From Octopus vulgaris (Eukaryota), in contig OX597820.1 of NCBI GenBank assembly GCA_951406725.2, positions 36,332,001 through 36,396,000 of the forward strand: a stretch of DNA of 64,000 nt, given 5' to 3'. The notes under the pieces are model-generated. The model was not told the origin of the DNA. It saw only the letters and a program-made list of their open reading frames with translations, and ran no database searches. This document shows, piece by piece, positions 12,299 to 26,690 of this stretch. How positions within the stretch are numbered: the first letter of the stretch is position 1; each line of letters begins with the position of its first letter. The translations under genes were made by a program, and so were the position numbers.

Positions 12299-13579
12299 TG
12301 GATCATCCCATAAATAATGCGGTTTTTTCAATTGAATGGACTAAAAGTCGGAGGGGGAAGGGGATAAACTACCTGCATGAACTTGCTATAAAAGCAAGTA
12401 GTAATTTTACTTTATCCTTATTCTTAGTGCAAGTTTTAAAGAGTGCAGTTCAATTTGATTTTAACAGTTATTTTTTCAAAGCTATAATGGAAGTGGCAAA
12501 GGAGCATATTTTGCTTTGTGAGTTCAATAAAGGCAATAACGCAATGGAAAGTGTGAGGAATATAAATGCAGTGTATGGGGATCAGACAATAAGCATAAAC
12601 CAGTCTCAACAGTGGTTCCAGAAATTCTGAGCCAGAAACTACAGCCTAGAAGACGAACCGTGTCATGGAAGATCTGTAGCAATCAATGAAGATGTCTGCA
12701 AACCCTGATGGAAAAAAATTCCAGCATAGCTGTTGATGAACTAGCAGAGAATCTTGGATTTGGTCATTCAATCTTTCATCAACACCTGTATACCATCAGA
12801 AAAGTCAGCAAATTGGGTCGATGGGTTCCTCACACATTTTCCAAGTCTAATCGCACACAGAGAGAATGTGTGCTCTTCTTTGCTGTCATGTCTCATGAAT
12901 GAACCCTTTTTGAACTGAATAGTGACTAGTGATGAGAAATAGGTTCTCTATAAAAATGTCAAGCACTGAAAACAGTAGGTAGGGAAAGGAAAAACACCGG
13001 CACCCCGGGCTAAAGAAGGTCTTCACCCATGTAAGGTGTTGCTATCTGTTTGGTGGGATATGAAAGGTTTAATCCGCTTTGAGCTTTTAAACCCAAACCA
13101 TATGATAACAAAGGAGATCTACTGTGAGCAGCTTGAGTGGCTTAAGTCCGCACTAGAAGAAAATGACAATCTTTGGTTTCAAAATGAAAGGTGTTCTTCC
13201 ATCAGGATAATGCTTGGTCACATTCAGAGAGGATGACGTTTGAAAGTCTGGAGCAGTTTCAATGCAAAACGATGCTCCATCCACCATATTCACTGGACAT
13301 TGCCCCATCTGATTAGCATTTATTTTGTAGTCTACAAAATTATTTGGATGGAAAAAAATATGAATTCTGTAGACAAGGTCAGAACAGTATTGGAAGAGTA
13401 TTTTTAATCATGGACAAGTGAATTTTAGAAGAGGGGCCTTACAAGTCTGCTAGATAGACAGAAGAGTATTGTAGAAAATGAAAGAGAGTATATTTTAGAT
13501 TAAAAAAGAACTCTGTTAATATTAATTTTGAAAGATAAACGAAGTATAAAAAAAATGTGTTATCTTTGGGATGACCCAA
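12298..13579 (+). mobile_element. Full-length (1282 bp) decayed mariner transposon
   Basis: TA-flanked TIRs ttggatcatcccataaataatgc / ttatctttgggatgacccaa. Transposase motifs GRWVPH, VTSDEK, LLSVWWDMKGLI.FELL, HPPYSLDIAPSD are present, with several stops and frameshifts. Confidence 0.92.
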
Positions 13580-13581
13580 TA

Positions 13582-13850
13582 TCATCATTATCATCATCAT
13601 CATCATTTAAGGTCCAAAGTCTACAATGGCATGGGTTAGACAGCTTGACCAAGGCTGGCAAGCTGGAAGGCTGCACCACACTCCAGTCTGATTTGGCATG
13701 ATTTCTATAGCTGGATGCCCTTCCTAATGCCAACCACTCCAATAGTGTAATGGGTGCTTTTACATGCCACGAGTGCTATTTACATGACACCAGTACCTGC
13801 TACAACTGTGATTTTACTTGGATTGATGGGTCTTCTTCTCAATACTTGGC
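13582..13850 (-). mobile_element. RTE 3' tail copy
   Basis: (CAT)n then ggcatgggttagacagc...gctggatgcccttcctaatgccaaccactc, the same tail as 1-690. Further copies lie near 19690, 24225, 26700, 29670, 39520, 46200 and 46620. Confidence 0.75.
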
Positions 13851-14772
13851 TTAAAGGTCATGTTCTGAAACACCAAACAGAGAGGCTTGTCAAATAGTAA
13901 TGTCTAGACAATATTTTTATAATCAGTATCACTAAAAAGGTATATCTAAATTTAAGTTACAATATATGGATGTAAATATTCCAGTAGTACTCATGAAAAT
14001 ACTCCTTTGTATGTCATTCTGCAAAACATATAGAATATATAGTACAATACAAAAGAAAACCATTTGTTGTAATACATGAATTTTCCTGTGGTTAAATAGA
14101 TTTCATTTTACTATTTCTCTCATCATTTATAACTTTATGCATTTGTGTGTGTGTGTGTGTGCGTGTGTGCGTGTTTGTGTGTGCGCGTGTGTGTATGTAT
14201 TACACACCCACACACACACTCACAGTCATACACATGCAAATATTTATGCAAATTAAAGCATTTCTTTGTGTACAGTAAGTCATATATATACACACATAAT
14301 ATATACGTGTATATATATATGTATGTCTATATATATATGTCTCTCTCTCTCTATATATATATATATACATACATACACACACACATGCATAGATATGCAT
14401 ACAAACAGATATGAATACATATATATGTACTCATATGTAAACGTGGATACAGACATATAACTACAAACTTGTATACAGCACAGAACATATATACATACAT
14501 CAAAATACAAACACACACAAACACATACGCGCGCGCGCGTGCACGCATTCATAATATATACATCAATTAGTGTTATCTGTGGGTGTGTAGTTAGATAGGG
14601 TAACGATAGAAATATACTTTAATGTGTGTATGTGTGTGTATATATATATATGTATGTATGTATGTATGTACATGCTTGTATTTGTCTTTCAAGATTCTTG
14701 AAGCGAAATCCTAAGTGGGTGGGACTGTATGTGTGTGTTATACATGTACACATGCACATATAGATATATATA

Positions 14773-14806
<34 letters not shown>

Positions 14807-15046
14807 TATATGTATATACACACATATACATATTTGTGTGTGTGTGTGTGCATGTGCGTAGGATGGTGATGAAGAGGAAGTGTTAGAAGCTTCGTTATCA
14901 CACACAGGCCTCCATTCATAGCCAATTCAGTCATGTGAAGAATGGTCAACTATCTTCAGAAGATTTCTTAACTTTCAGTTCAGTATAGTCAAAAGTTGTT
15001 GCGAGGAACACATTCCCTGAGATAGTTTTATCAACCAGCACTCAAG

Positions 15047-15110
15047 ATGATGGTTTATAGGTGCCAACAGTTATCCCTTTTCTTCTTGTTGGTTGTACTA
15101 ACTTCCAACA
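15047..15110 (+). CDS. Orphan secreted/GPI-anchored RD/H-rich protein, coding exon 1 (signal peptide)
   Basis: aagATGATG start; translates MMVYRCQQLSLFFLLVVLTSN plus 1 nt; donor A|GTGAGT at 15111. Its phase 1 matches the acceptor at 31847, giving a continuous signal peptide ...LTSN-M-ISLVTA|N. Confidence 0.7.
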
Positions 15111-15276
15111 GTGAGTAGACTTTTTTTGTTTTTCTTTTTGTCTTCAGCTAATACAATCATCATCATCATTGTTCTCATCAGCATCAACATTATCGTAATT
15201 GCTGTCATCTTAATGTCCATTTTATTTTTCATACTAACATAGGTTAGATATGTTTAAAATTTAATAGATCTTGAAG

Positions 15277-15389
<113 letters not shown>

Positions 15390-15555
15390 GTGAAATATAT
15401 ATATATTTATTGAACTTCAATTATCCGCGCTAAGGCACGGTTGAGACACCCCAAGGTCGTAACTTCAACCGTGTCTTTTCTGTTGTGATTTTTGCTACCC
15501 GGGATCGGTTAAATTTTGAATAATCCTTAACAAGATAATTCATTTATCCATTTCA

Positions 15556-15678
<123 letters not shown>

Positions 15679-15803
15679 TCATATACATATAAATGCATAC
15701 ACATACATACTCACAGTCAGACATGCATACAGAAACATACAAATACACATATCTATATATATATGTATGAATATATTTATGTTCTTATATATACATACAC
15801 ACA

Positions 15804-15849
<46 letters not shown>

Positions 15850-15929
15850 TTGAATTTCTAAATCTCTCGTAGAGACATGTATGGTGGTGGGGCGTTGTAC
15901 AGCGGTGGTGTACCCCCTACTGTCACGTT

Positions 15930-15984
<55 letters not shown>

Positions 15985-16129
15985 CTGTGTGTGTGTGTGT
16001 ATGTATATTTGTATATATATCGCCGTATCACAGAGTTACAGTACTGATCAAAACATCAATTTCTGGTATACACCACTGGTTACAATTTAATTCCAATTCC
16101 ATCTTGATTGCATCATTCTTTTCCATCTT

Positions 16130-16545
16130 GAGAATAAGGGCAGGATGAGAGAGGCATTTAACTCAATAAAAGATGTGCTCAAAAAGCTAGACAATACCAT
16201 ATATGCCAGACACTGCAATAGCACCATCCAACCTTCACTCTTATATGCAAGTGAGACACGAGCTTCTATAAAGGGGATAGAACATTGAATGGCTACAGCA
16301 AAAAGGGCCATAGAAAGATCCATGCTAGGAATATTATTACGAGAACATATTCAAAATAAGATAATTCAAGAACAGAATGGAGTGAATGATGAGATTGCAG
16401 AATATTGAAAGCACAAGTTCTGCTGGGCTGGACACATAGCAAGGTTCACAGACAACTGGTTGAGCCATGCAGTTACCAAGTGGTACCTAAAAGATTGAAA
16501 AAGGACACTTGAAGGCCTCCATGATGATGGGAAAATGATCTAACA
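16130..16545 (+). mobile_element. Decayed RTE (BovB-like) LINE 3' ORF fragment
   Basis: Translates ...AIERSMLGI...EHIQN...GVND.I...KFCWAGHIARFTDNW...W.PKRLKRTL.RPP, the RTE C-terminal motif. Confidence 0.7.
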
Positions 16546-17559
16546 AAGCAATATATATATATATATATACATACATATACACACACACACATACATGCTT
16601 GCATGCACACACATAAGATAGATAGACAGATTAACTGTGTCCATGTTATTTGTGAACACCAGCATGATTTTTTTTTTCTTTTAAAACCTAATATATCAGC
16701 TATAAGAGCTAATAGATCATCTGTAAGGTTTCCTATATCATCTGTGATTTCCATTGTTTCCTAGATATTTTCTTTCCCTCTCTCAATTACAGGAAAATAA
16801 TCCCCATCACTCTTCGCAGAGTGTATATATTTTCAATTCCTATTCTATGTCTATATCATTTGAACAATATTTCCTACATACATTCTAGATATTCCAAAAT
16901 ATCTTCTGTTTTCTGTAATCAATACCTTTATTATCTAGACACCTTTACTAACTTTCACTGGGTCTTTCTTATAAACTAACATTGTTTTGTCAATGAATCA
17001 AACTCAAATATTCTATGTTTATCTGTCCTTATTTTAAACCATCTGATATCTTACAAATTTCATCTTACAAATAACTTCATACAAACATTATAAAATACTT
17101 CATAGTGTCTGCTATTTTGTTCAGCTAGAAAATTCTTTCACCAAATAACCATGTCTGTGATCATTATATTTTCCTCTTGTTTTTTGCACTATCTTCTACA
17201 CTTTTATTTGCAATATACAAATATGACCTTATATTCTCAATTTCTATATTCCCTTCATGGGCTTGATATTTTATCACTACACCCGTATCTATCAGATGTC
17301 TCTAAATTTCTGATTCCCTGTCAGTACACGAGACATCCCACTTCACCTTTCCATGGTTACCTTAATACTATGTACCAAATAAACAACATTAAGATAATAG
17401 TGCTGAACCAATTTAGAAAATGAGGTGCTGAGCTAAGGCTGTATAACAACAAGCAAGGGGAAATTTCTTTGAAATAATGATTGTTTTAAACTAATTTAGT
17501 TTAATTTGTTAATGTTAATTGATATCAATTAGATTAATTAAGTTAACTACAGGTTATAA

Positions 17560-18270
17560 GATCATCAAAAAAAGGTCAAAGGTGTCTAAACAGCATTCAG
17601 TAAGACCTTTATCAATCATTCTCTGGTTAATATAAGCTTTATATAGCTATGGTACATACACACTAAGAGTTTGCACCTCCAGTCTGGAACCCCCATCCTC
17701 TCCAGAATATTGATCTATTGGAAGCTGTTCAGAGATGATGAATACTCTCTATCAGTCACTTACCATATCTTGAATATATTGCTTCTCTGGGTATTGACAC
17801 ACTAAAGCCTTGTTGTCTCGCATCTGACATAGTAGAAGCCCACAAGATTATCCCACCAACTTTCCAAGGACAACTTCAGCCACTTTCATGAATTCAATAC
17901 CTACTACCATTCATCGACATGTTTATAAAATAAAAGAGACAGTGCAACACCTATGACACTTAGAATCATTTTTTTCACACTCAGAATTGTCAAAGTATGG
18001 AATAGACTACCTGCATCAATTGTTAGCTATCAGGGTACTACATCCTTTATTAATTTTATGTTTCCTGTAATTTGCCAACACCACTCATGACACACATCCT
18101 TTCCTCTTTAAGATCCTTTTGTGTATTGTGCATGTACTTTTGGCTATCATTGCTGTCTTTCATCACTTAACTTAGTGCTAATTTTGTCCCCCTTCTTTTA
18201 CCCTTTTCTGTTTAGCAGTAGTACACCTGAACATAGTATACTGTAGGCTCATTAATATTGTTAGTAGTAG
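17560..18270 (+). mobile_element. Decayed CR1/L2-type LINE 3' end
   Basis: Motifs LEFAPPVWNP..LQNIDLLEAVQR and FFTLRIVKVWNRLPASIV; the same 3' end occurs at 43890-44150. Confidence 0.7.
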
Positions 18271-18311
18271 TATAATAAAACTAATTGTTAAAAGCACCTC
18301 TAAGCTTTTGA

Positions 18312-18464
18312 AGCATGGCTGTGTAGTAAGAAGCTTGCTCCCCAACCACATGGTTCCAGGTTCAACCCCACTGTGTGACACCTGGGAAAGTGTCTTCTAC
18401 TATAGCCTTGGGCTGACCAAAGCCTTGTGAGTAGATTTGGTAGAAGGAAATTGAAAGAAACCCA

Positions 18465-18519
<55 letters not shown>

Positions 18520-18740
18520 TGTGTGTGTTTGTGTCTGTGCTTATTCTCACCACCACTTGACAACCAGTGTTAGTGTGTCTATGTCTCTGTAACTTAGTGG
18601 TTTGACAAAAGAGACCAATAGAATAAGTACCAGTTTTTAAAAAAATAAGTATTGGGGTCAATTCATTTGACTAAAAAATTCTTCAAGGTAGTACCCCACC
18701 ATGGCCACAGTCTAATGACTAAAACAAGGAAAAGAAATTA
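18312..18740 (+). mobile_element. tRNA-derived SINE (family A, internal (TG)n)
   Basis: A-box-like catggctgtgtagtaag and B-box ggttcaaccc; collinear with 21546-21980. Confidence 0.8.
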
Positions 18741-20249
18741 TAAAGAAGACTATGAGACTCTAAGACATAGCCTGATTAGTTTTCACCTTAAACCACTCTT
18801 GGATTAATAGGATTTTGTACTCTTCACAGATGACTATTAATACACTAAACTTTATTGTATTAACATTTCATCTTGTTTGATGCTAGTCCAATCTTGAAAT
18901 ATATTGAAAACATTGTCTATTTGAATTGATTCAACCACTTATTCTACTCTCTAATAAAGTTATAACATTGTACTTTGTATCATTATTCTTATTAAACAAT
19001 ATGTAGGGATATAGCAAATAGTTTAGTTCTGGATGTCATGTTTAACATCACATGAAAAAATGTCATTTCACTACATCAACAAACAATGAAATCAGTGCTA
19101 TTAAAGCTTTGTTCCACTGAATATGCCTCACCAATATTGTGAGCCTAATGAAAATATGTAGAGGTGATATACACTAATACTGACAATAAATCAACAACTC
19201 CTGTAGATACTCTAAAATCATTGGGGTTGCAAAATGGGAAGGGATTCAAAAAGTAGAGTGTACTCAATCCCCATGTTTGGAGGTAAATATCCCTTAACAC
19301 AAAAATGTTCTATTACCTGAAACAGGGTGTAGATGCAGGTAGCATGTAGTGGTAAATCAAGAGCAGACTGCAGATGAAATATTATTGATTTCAAATGTTG
19401 GCACAAGGCCAGCAAGTTTGGGGTAGGTGGTCAACTGGTATCCCTTTTATTGATCCTGAAAGGATGAAAGGCAAAGTCAGTCCTGGCAGAATTTGAACTC
19501 AGAGCATGAAGACAGACAAAATGCCCCTGAGCATTTTGTCCTGCATGCTAATGATTCTGTGCTAGCTTGCTACCTTCGCTTCTGACGAAATATTAAAATG
19601 GACATGTCTAAAGTTAGAAGTAATTATTGAGATATCTGATACTTAGAGTAGACAGTGGTAATGAATGTAACCACAAGGTACTCGATAGTCATCATCATCA
19701 TCATCATCATTTTAACACTCCCTTTTCCATGCTTGCATGGGTTGGACAGAGTTTATTAAAGCATATGCTATATGGCTGGGTTCCCTTCCTGTCTCAAGCT
19801 CTCACCTGCTTCCAAGTAAAGTGATATTTCCCCATAACCAGACATGTTTCCATAGAATATTGGTAATTAATGACACTGCTCGTATGATAGTGACACTTAA
19901 TTACAACTATCATGTTATGTCAAGACAAAGAGATACAAACATATACTCACACACACAAACACACATACACGCACACATATATTTGTATAGTATATGAGTG
20001 TGTGTATGTTTTTCATATATATGTATATATATGTGTACACACACACACATAATTATAAATGTTCTAAAATCTTCCCGGCTTTGTTTTTTTTTATCTCATT
20101 CTGAAAAAATTTTTTATATATACGCATGCTGATATATGACCTACGTTATTCGTGTAATCACCAAACCTGGAGCTTAACTATGGTCTATCCATAGCACTTA
20201 GCATTACCTGACACCTTTGGGTCTTACTGACTCCATTACCACTCATAAC

Positions 20250-20293
<44 letters not shown>

Positions 20294-21545
20294 ATATATA
20301 TATATATATATATATAGGCTTTTTCAGTTTCTATTTCCTAAATCCACTTACAAGGCCTTGGTCAGCCTAGGGTTATAGCAAAAGACACTCGCTCAAGCTG
20401 TCATGCAGTGGGGTTGAACCCACAACTTTGTGGTTGTGAAGCAAACGTCTTAACCATGCATCCATACCTGCATCTATAACTTTATTATTCATGTTTAACA
20501 AAAATTATTTTGAATAACATTTTTCATGACACTCAAGCAATAATTCAGACTGTCTAATGCCTTAAATTATACTTTAAAAAATTTTTGCTGCACATGGATA
20601 CCACTTGTGGTGCATCATTAGCAATCCACTAGTTTGTTTTAACAAGGACCATCTGGTCATCCTAGGATGAACGAATGTGTAATACTTCAACCACTGCAAT
20701 AAAAGCTGCTATTTATGGCTCTAAAATGTTCCAGCAGTCGATAACCAATGAAGCCTGCGACTGATATGCACCCCTTCAACATGGTACACAATGAAGTGAA
20801 CCATAAAACAGCTGACCCTCAGAACAACTGGTCTAGGTTTTATACGGCTGACATTTGCATGTAGAAAGTTAAAGAGGAACACTGAAATCTTTGTTGAGCT
20901 TACAGCCGTTTTAAGGCCTGAGCTTATCCTGATTTTCAAGGCATTTAAGCTGACAATTCAAGACTCCTTTTCTTTAATGGAACATCATTTCAGTGCAGGT
21001 TTAACCCTTATAAGCTATTGGTACCTATTTTCAGTTGAGGGTACTGGAGTATCATGAAGGACACAACATACCACTTGATATGAGAATCAAATTTATGACC
21101 CACAAGCCTAATCCATAGGCCATGTACCTTCACTAAAAGGGAGTGAAGACTGCTGTTTTCTGTAAAAGGGTGTTGTATCATTAAAAGATAAAAAGCAGCG
21201 TGAGTGAGTTAAAAGAGTGTAAGGGGAATTTAAAAGAAATTTACAAATAGCTTTGGGGACTTCATTTGCTAACTCAAGTTACATTGAAATTTTATTTAGG
21301 CAGTGACAGTAATACTTTCATTAAGGGATCCACATAGTAGAGCAGAAGGATGTTGGTGCCAGTAAGTCAGTGTTCTGTAGGGACTGGAGCAACTGTCACC
21401 ACTTGGCAAGGTAACAGATTTGATGGTGTCAAGTTACATATTTGTTTATGAGCTGAGTATGGATGCATGATACACATATAGCTGGATGGAAGTAGATCAC
21501 AGTGATAGCATGCTGGAAAGGAAATAATCTTATTGCAGGCAAAAA

Positions 21546-21710
21546 GGCGCAGGAGTGGCAGTGTGGTAAGTAGCTTGCTTACGAACCACATGGTTCCGGT
21601 TTCAGTCCCACTGCGTGGCACCTTGGGCAAGTGTCTTCTACTATAGCCTCGGGCCGACCAAAGCCTTGTGAGTGGATTTGGTAGACGGAAACTGAAAGAA
21701 GCCCGTCGTA

Positions 21711-21755
<45 letters not shown>

Positions 21756-21980
21756 ATGTGCGTGTTTGTGTGTCTGTGTTTGTCCCCCCAACATCGCTTG
21801 ACAACCGATGCTGGTGAGTTTACATCCCCGTAACTTAGTGGTTCGGCAAAAAGAGACCAATAAAATAAGTACTAGGCTTACAAAGAATAAGACCTGGGGT
21901 CGATTTGATCGACTAAAGGCGGTGCTCCAGCATGGCCACAGTCACATGACTGAAACAAGTAAAAGAGAGAAAGAAAGAGA
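21546..21980 (+). mobile_element. tRNA-derived SINE (family A), young copy
   Basis: Pol III head ggcgcaggagtggcagtgtggtaag...ggtttcagtccc, internal (TA)(TG)n, 3' end gactgaaacaagtaaaagag. Partial minus-strand copies lie near 20315-20480, 30030-30195 and 34865-34945. Confidence 0.85.
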
Positions 21981-22593
21981 GATATACCCCAGCAATATAT
22001 TTAGCAATATAAAATAAGGATTGAAGAAATCAATGTGAATACCTCAGTCATCACTCCATGCAAAGAAACCTGGTTAACTGTTATAAATATAGAAATGCAT
22101 ATAGGTTAAATACACCAGGTGATCCATACAAACTGTAAATCCAAGATTATTCACCAATCACTTGGTTTGTGCAGTAATCATAGATATAATAGCAACCAGA
22201 CAATGAATGATGATTATGTTGTTATATACTGTAACTTTAGTTAATGTTACAAACATTTCACCTAGCTAGAAGAACTGTTTCCTCACTATACAGCTACTTC
22301 CACCTTCTTCTTAAATTATCTATGTAACAAGTGCTCCTTTCCTAACTAATTTATAATCATTAATCTATCCTCATCTAGTGCACCAAAATTTTATTCAGTT
22401 AAATAAAATTTAACTGAATCTATTAGCTAATATTTCTTGAAAAGATTACAGAGGTGGATATTTAACTTACAAAATTTTACATACATTTATTATATGCCCA
22501 GTTAACCTTCCTACATTCTCTCTTCTTGTTAATTTAAAATACCACACTTCCAAAGATTAAGGCAATAAATAATAATAATAATTATCATTATTA

Positions 22594-22624
<31 letters not shown>

Positions 22625-23082
22625 GATCTTTTCTACTAAAGATACAAGGCCTGAAATTTGTGGGAAGGGGACTAGTCAATAACATTGACCCAAGTGTTTT
22701 ACTGGTACTTAGTTTGTCGACCCCGAAAGGAGAAAAGGCAAAGTCAACCTCGGTGGAATCTGAACTCAGAATGTAGCAGTAGACAAAATACTTATTTCTT
22801 TACTACCCACAAGGGGCTAAACACAGAGGGAACAAACAAGGACAGACACACGGATTAAGTTGATTACATCGACCCCAGTGCATAACTGGTACTTAATTTA
22901 TCGACCCTGAAAGGATGAAAGGCAAAGTCGACCTCGGTGGAATTTGAACTCAGAATGTAACGGCAGACGAAATATGGCTACTCATTTCGCCCGGTGTGCT
23001 AATGTTTCTGCCAGCTCGCCGCTGTTAAGCATTTTGCCTGGCATGCTAATGATTCTGCCTGCTCACCACCTTAATAATAATG

Positions 23083-23137
<55 letters not shown>

Positions 23138-23360
23138 TAATAATAGTTTCAAATTTTGCCACAAGAGCAGCAATTTTGGTGGAGGGGATGAGTCGATTAC
23201 ATTGCCCCCAATGTTCAACTGGTACTTATTTTATCAACCCCGCAAGGATGAAAGGCAAAGCCAACCTTGGCGGAATTTGAACTCAGAACATAACGATGGG
23301 CGAAATACCACTAGGCATTTCATCCAGCCTGCTAACAATTCTGCCAGCTTGCCATCTTCA
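22625..23360 (-). mobile_element. Cluster of nested tRNA-derived SINEs (family B)
   Basis: Repeated core tcgaccccgaaaggatgaaaggcaaagtcgacctcggtggaatttgaactcagaa (reverse B-box gagttcaaattcc). Other copies lie near 19385, 36845, 38260, 38900, 41250, 48500, 51800, 61640 and 63525. Confidence 0.85.
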
Positions 23361-23798
23361 ATAATTAAAATAATAATAATTATAATAATAATAATTTTTT
23401 CATACTCTGTTCTCACTGACTAGCATACTCTTAAACTCAATGACACCTTGACTTCTTAAGACCGTGAATTTGAAAAGTATATAATCAATCAAAGCAGGTA
23501 ATTTGATATATCAGTTATCCACAGTCCCTATCTATAACACAATACATCCCACTTTCACAAATATGTTTGCTGGAAACTTTGAAAATCTGCCATAATCACT
23601 TTAAGGTCAGAGGAGATTGATTAGGGTCTAAGTGTACCATTAATTTCTCAGTTGAGCTAATGACTGATTAATTCTGAATGCAGACCATTGTATAGCGAGG
23701 GAACAGTTCCTCCAGCCATAACAATGGATAAAGTTATGTAAAAGTATGATCTTCATTTCTTTTATCTGATCTCTCCCTCTCTCCCTCTTACTTTCTGT

Positions 23799-23869
<71 letters not shown>

Positions 23870-24559
23870 CATACATATATATATATATATATTATATATA
23901 TGTGCCCATGTATGTATGTACGTATGTATGTATGTATGTATGTATGTATGTATGTATGTATGTGTGCATGCTTGGTGTTCTCTTATCTTGGCAACACGTG
24001 CCTCAGTTAACTTTGTCTGATCCATGCAAGCGTGGAAGAGTGAATGTTGTTAAAACAATGATAAATAATGAAATGATATATATATATATATATATATATA
24101 CATACAGACACACATACATACATATATATATACATCCATCCATACATACATAGATACATACATACATACATACATACATACATACATACATACATACATA
24201 CATACGTGTGTGTGTGTATGATCTTCACCATCATATTTCTACATCTGCTTCCCATGCTGGCATGGGTTGGGTTGATTTTCATGCGCTAAATAATTTCTTA
24301 TCGGGAACTGCTGCTTCCATGGTCTCGTACTCACACATCTCATTTAGTTTGGTTTGTATGGAGATGCTCTTCCTTTCCCCAATCCCTTTGCAGAATGGGT
24401 AGAGTGCATTCATTTGTAACACTAGCACTAGAGAGGCTGAATAAAAGGACCTCAGAAACTGATGCATTTTCTGCTTATTTGCTAACCATTTTACAGTGTG
24501 TACAGGTTGTGTTTTGTGATACCAGTACAAGAGAGATTGCTTCACCCAACAGTCACTTA

Positions 24560-26690
24560 GAGGGAGCACAATTTACCAGCCTTCTAATGTGGTACCTGTA
24601 CAGGAAAGGATGGTGCCTTGTGCATAGGTACAATATAGAAAGTGATCAGAGAACAAATATATGTAGACCAGGGAAGAGAAATAGTGGGGTGCCATCTCAG
24701 CAGTGAGGTCAAGTATAGTTGAGGGCAACAAATGTACAATTGCCAACCTTGCACAAGTATCAAGAGTACTCAACCATGGGAATTTATATTTACTCAGGTG
24801 GCCAAGGAAGAAATTAGAAGAGAGAGAGAGAGGGGGGGGGAGCAATGATATCAGAAGGATCAGGATGACTAGGTGGAAGAGAAGAAGCAGAAGTATGATG
24901 TAAGCAGCAGGGTTATTTACAATTGAATTGAGTAAGGAGTGATTGACAACAGCAGGGATGAACAAAAGGTGAGGAGGTGGGGGTGATAAGATAAAACATA
25001 GGTTATGGGCGTCAATAGAAGTGACCCTAACTAGGGGAGAATGTGATAGTTGGTAATAGACAAGGGCAAACAGAGTAAGAGAGATACACAATAGAGACGT
25101 TTTAGCAGCATGAGGATGGAACAACACAATCTCTTATACATCAGGAGTTCCTGATAAGTAGGCCTTGAGAAGGGTGAGCAAGTCAGAAGGATAAGATGGT
25201 CCATTGTAGTCTCTTATACATAGGTCTAGTGGAGAAATAAAAGTGGGTTGATGGATGGTGGGCTTTGAGCAATAGAGTATTAGGGGTGTTCAAAGGATTC
25301 AAATGTTGTAAGATGAGGAGGGCAGCAAAACATGCTGTTCAGTTGGTGGAATAAAAGTTATCTCAGCCTCTCATACATAGCCCCATGTCAAAGCATGTTT
25401 CATCACAGTGGTTGAGTCTATTGCAACAGCACATATTGGTTTCAAATTCTGATACAAGGCCAGCAATTTCTGGGGTGGGATTAAGTCAATTGCTTCAACC
25501 CCCCAGTGCTCAACTAGTACTTATTTTTTCATCACTTCATCCAAAATCTTTCTCTTTTCCATGGGTTCATTAACTTGAATTTCACAGCATTTATTTATGC
25601 AGTTATCCTCTATGTGCATCCCATGCCATAACTAGTGCTGTCTTTTTATTTGACTACGATTTTTTTCTACCTATCATGCACCAGAACTTCACAAGTGAAA
25701 TGTTGTACAAACAACTATGGTATATTACAGGTGCAGATTGTCTCCTCAGGTGACTTGTTAAAAAGTACCTCTTATTTTTCAGTGTTTTGCTTATTTCTAT
25801 AACAATACATTTTGGTAGTTGTAGTATACTGCATCTACACAAGTTCTTTGTGTAGATGTGTGGTACACTACAACTATCAAAATATATTATTATAGAAATA
25901 ACAAAAATGGCAAACAAGTCACCCGAAGCAACACATCTGCACCTATGATGCACCACAACTGCTTGTACAACTTCTCACCTGCAAGGTTCCAGTGCATGAT
26001 AGGTGGAAATGATTGTAGTGAATAAATGAATTCCATTTTCTTTTTCTCATATTTTTATAAACTCTATGGACACAAATTCCTGAAATAAATCCAATTGTTT
26101 GTACCTCCATATTGTCTACTGTACCAAGATTACTTTTCTGTTGCACTTCACCCCAACTTTTCTGCACTTTCATTCATCTCCTACTCTCCAACCCATATGT
26201 ATCATTGGTAACCCCCCACCCCTTTTCCATCATTCATTACACCCACCCCTTAACCCTACCCAATCTTTGCAGTTGTCACCTACTCTTCCCTGCCTTCATT
26301 AATCATCATCCCTCAACATTATTTTTCATTTATTATATTCACTCTCTCATCCATTCCACATTTTTAATCACCTCTCACTCTCTAATACTCTCTTGCAACT
26401 TGCACCCAACCCTGTTCTCCTGTCCCCACTCACATCTATTCACCTTATACTTTGAGGATTGACCTTGACACCACATCACTACTACTTTTATCTCTCTCCT
26501 GTTCCACATCTGACACTTCCACCCTCCCTTCTATATTGTGAGTGGCTATGTAGCTCCTCTACAGCAAAAAAACCTGTTCTGATCCTTTCTCTTACATTTT
26601 AACTTCTCCTCTCCTAGCATAAAGCTGCCTCCCTCTTTACCACACCACTTCTCAATTGAAAGGTATCTTACTCTTGCCAACTGCATGGTG
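24560..26690. mobile_element. Old Penelope-like remnants with a purine-rich then pyrimidine-rich arm
   Basis: Strong strand asymmetry: GA-rich 24700-25330, CT-rich 26100-26690. A possible decayed hammerhead-like segment lies near 26535-26580. No clean protein motif. Confidence 0.3.

Noticed and set aside
21546-21620. tRNA gene
   Set aside because: A and B boxes belong to a SINE head; there is no full cloverleaf and it continues into the SINE body.
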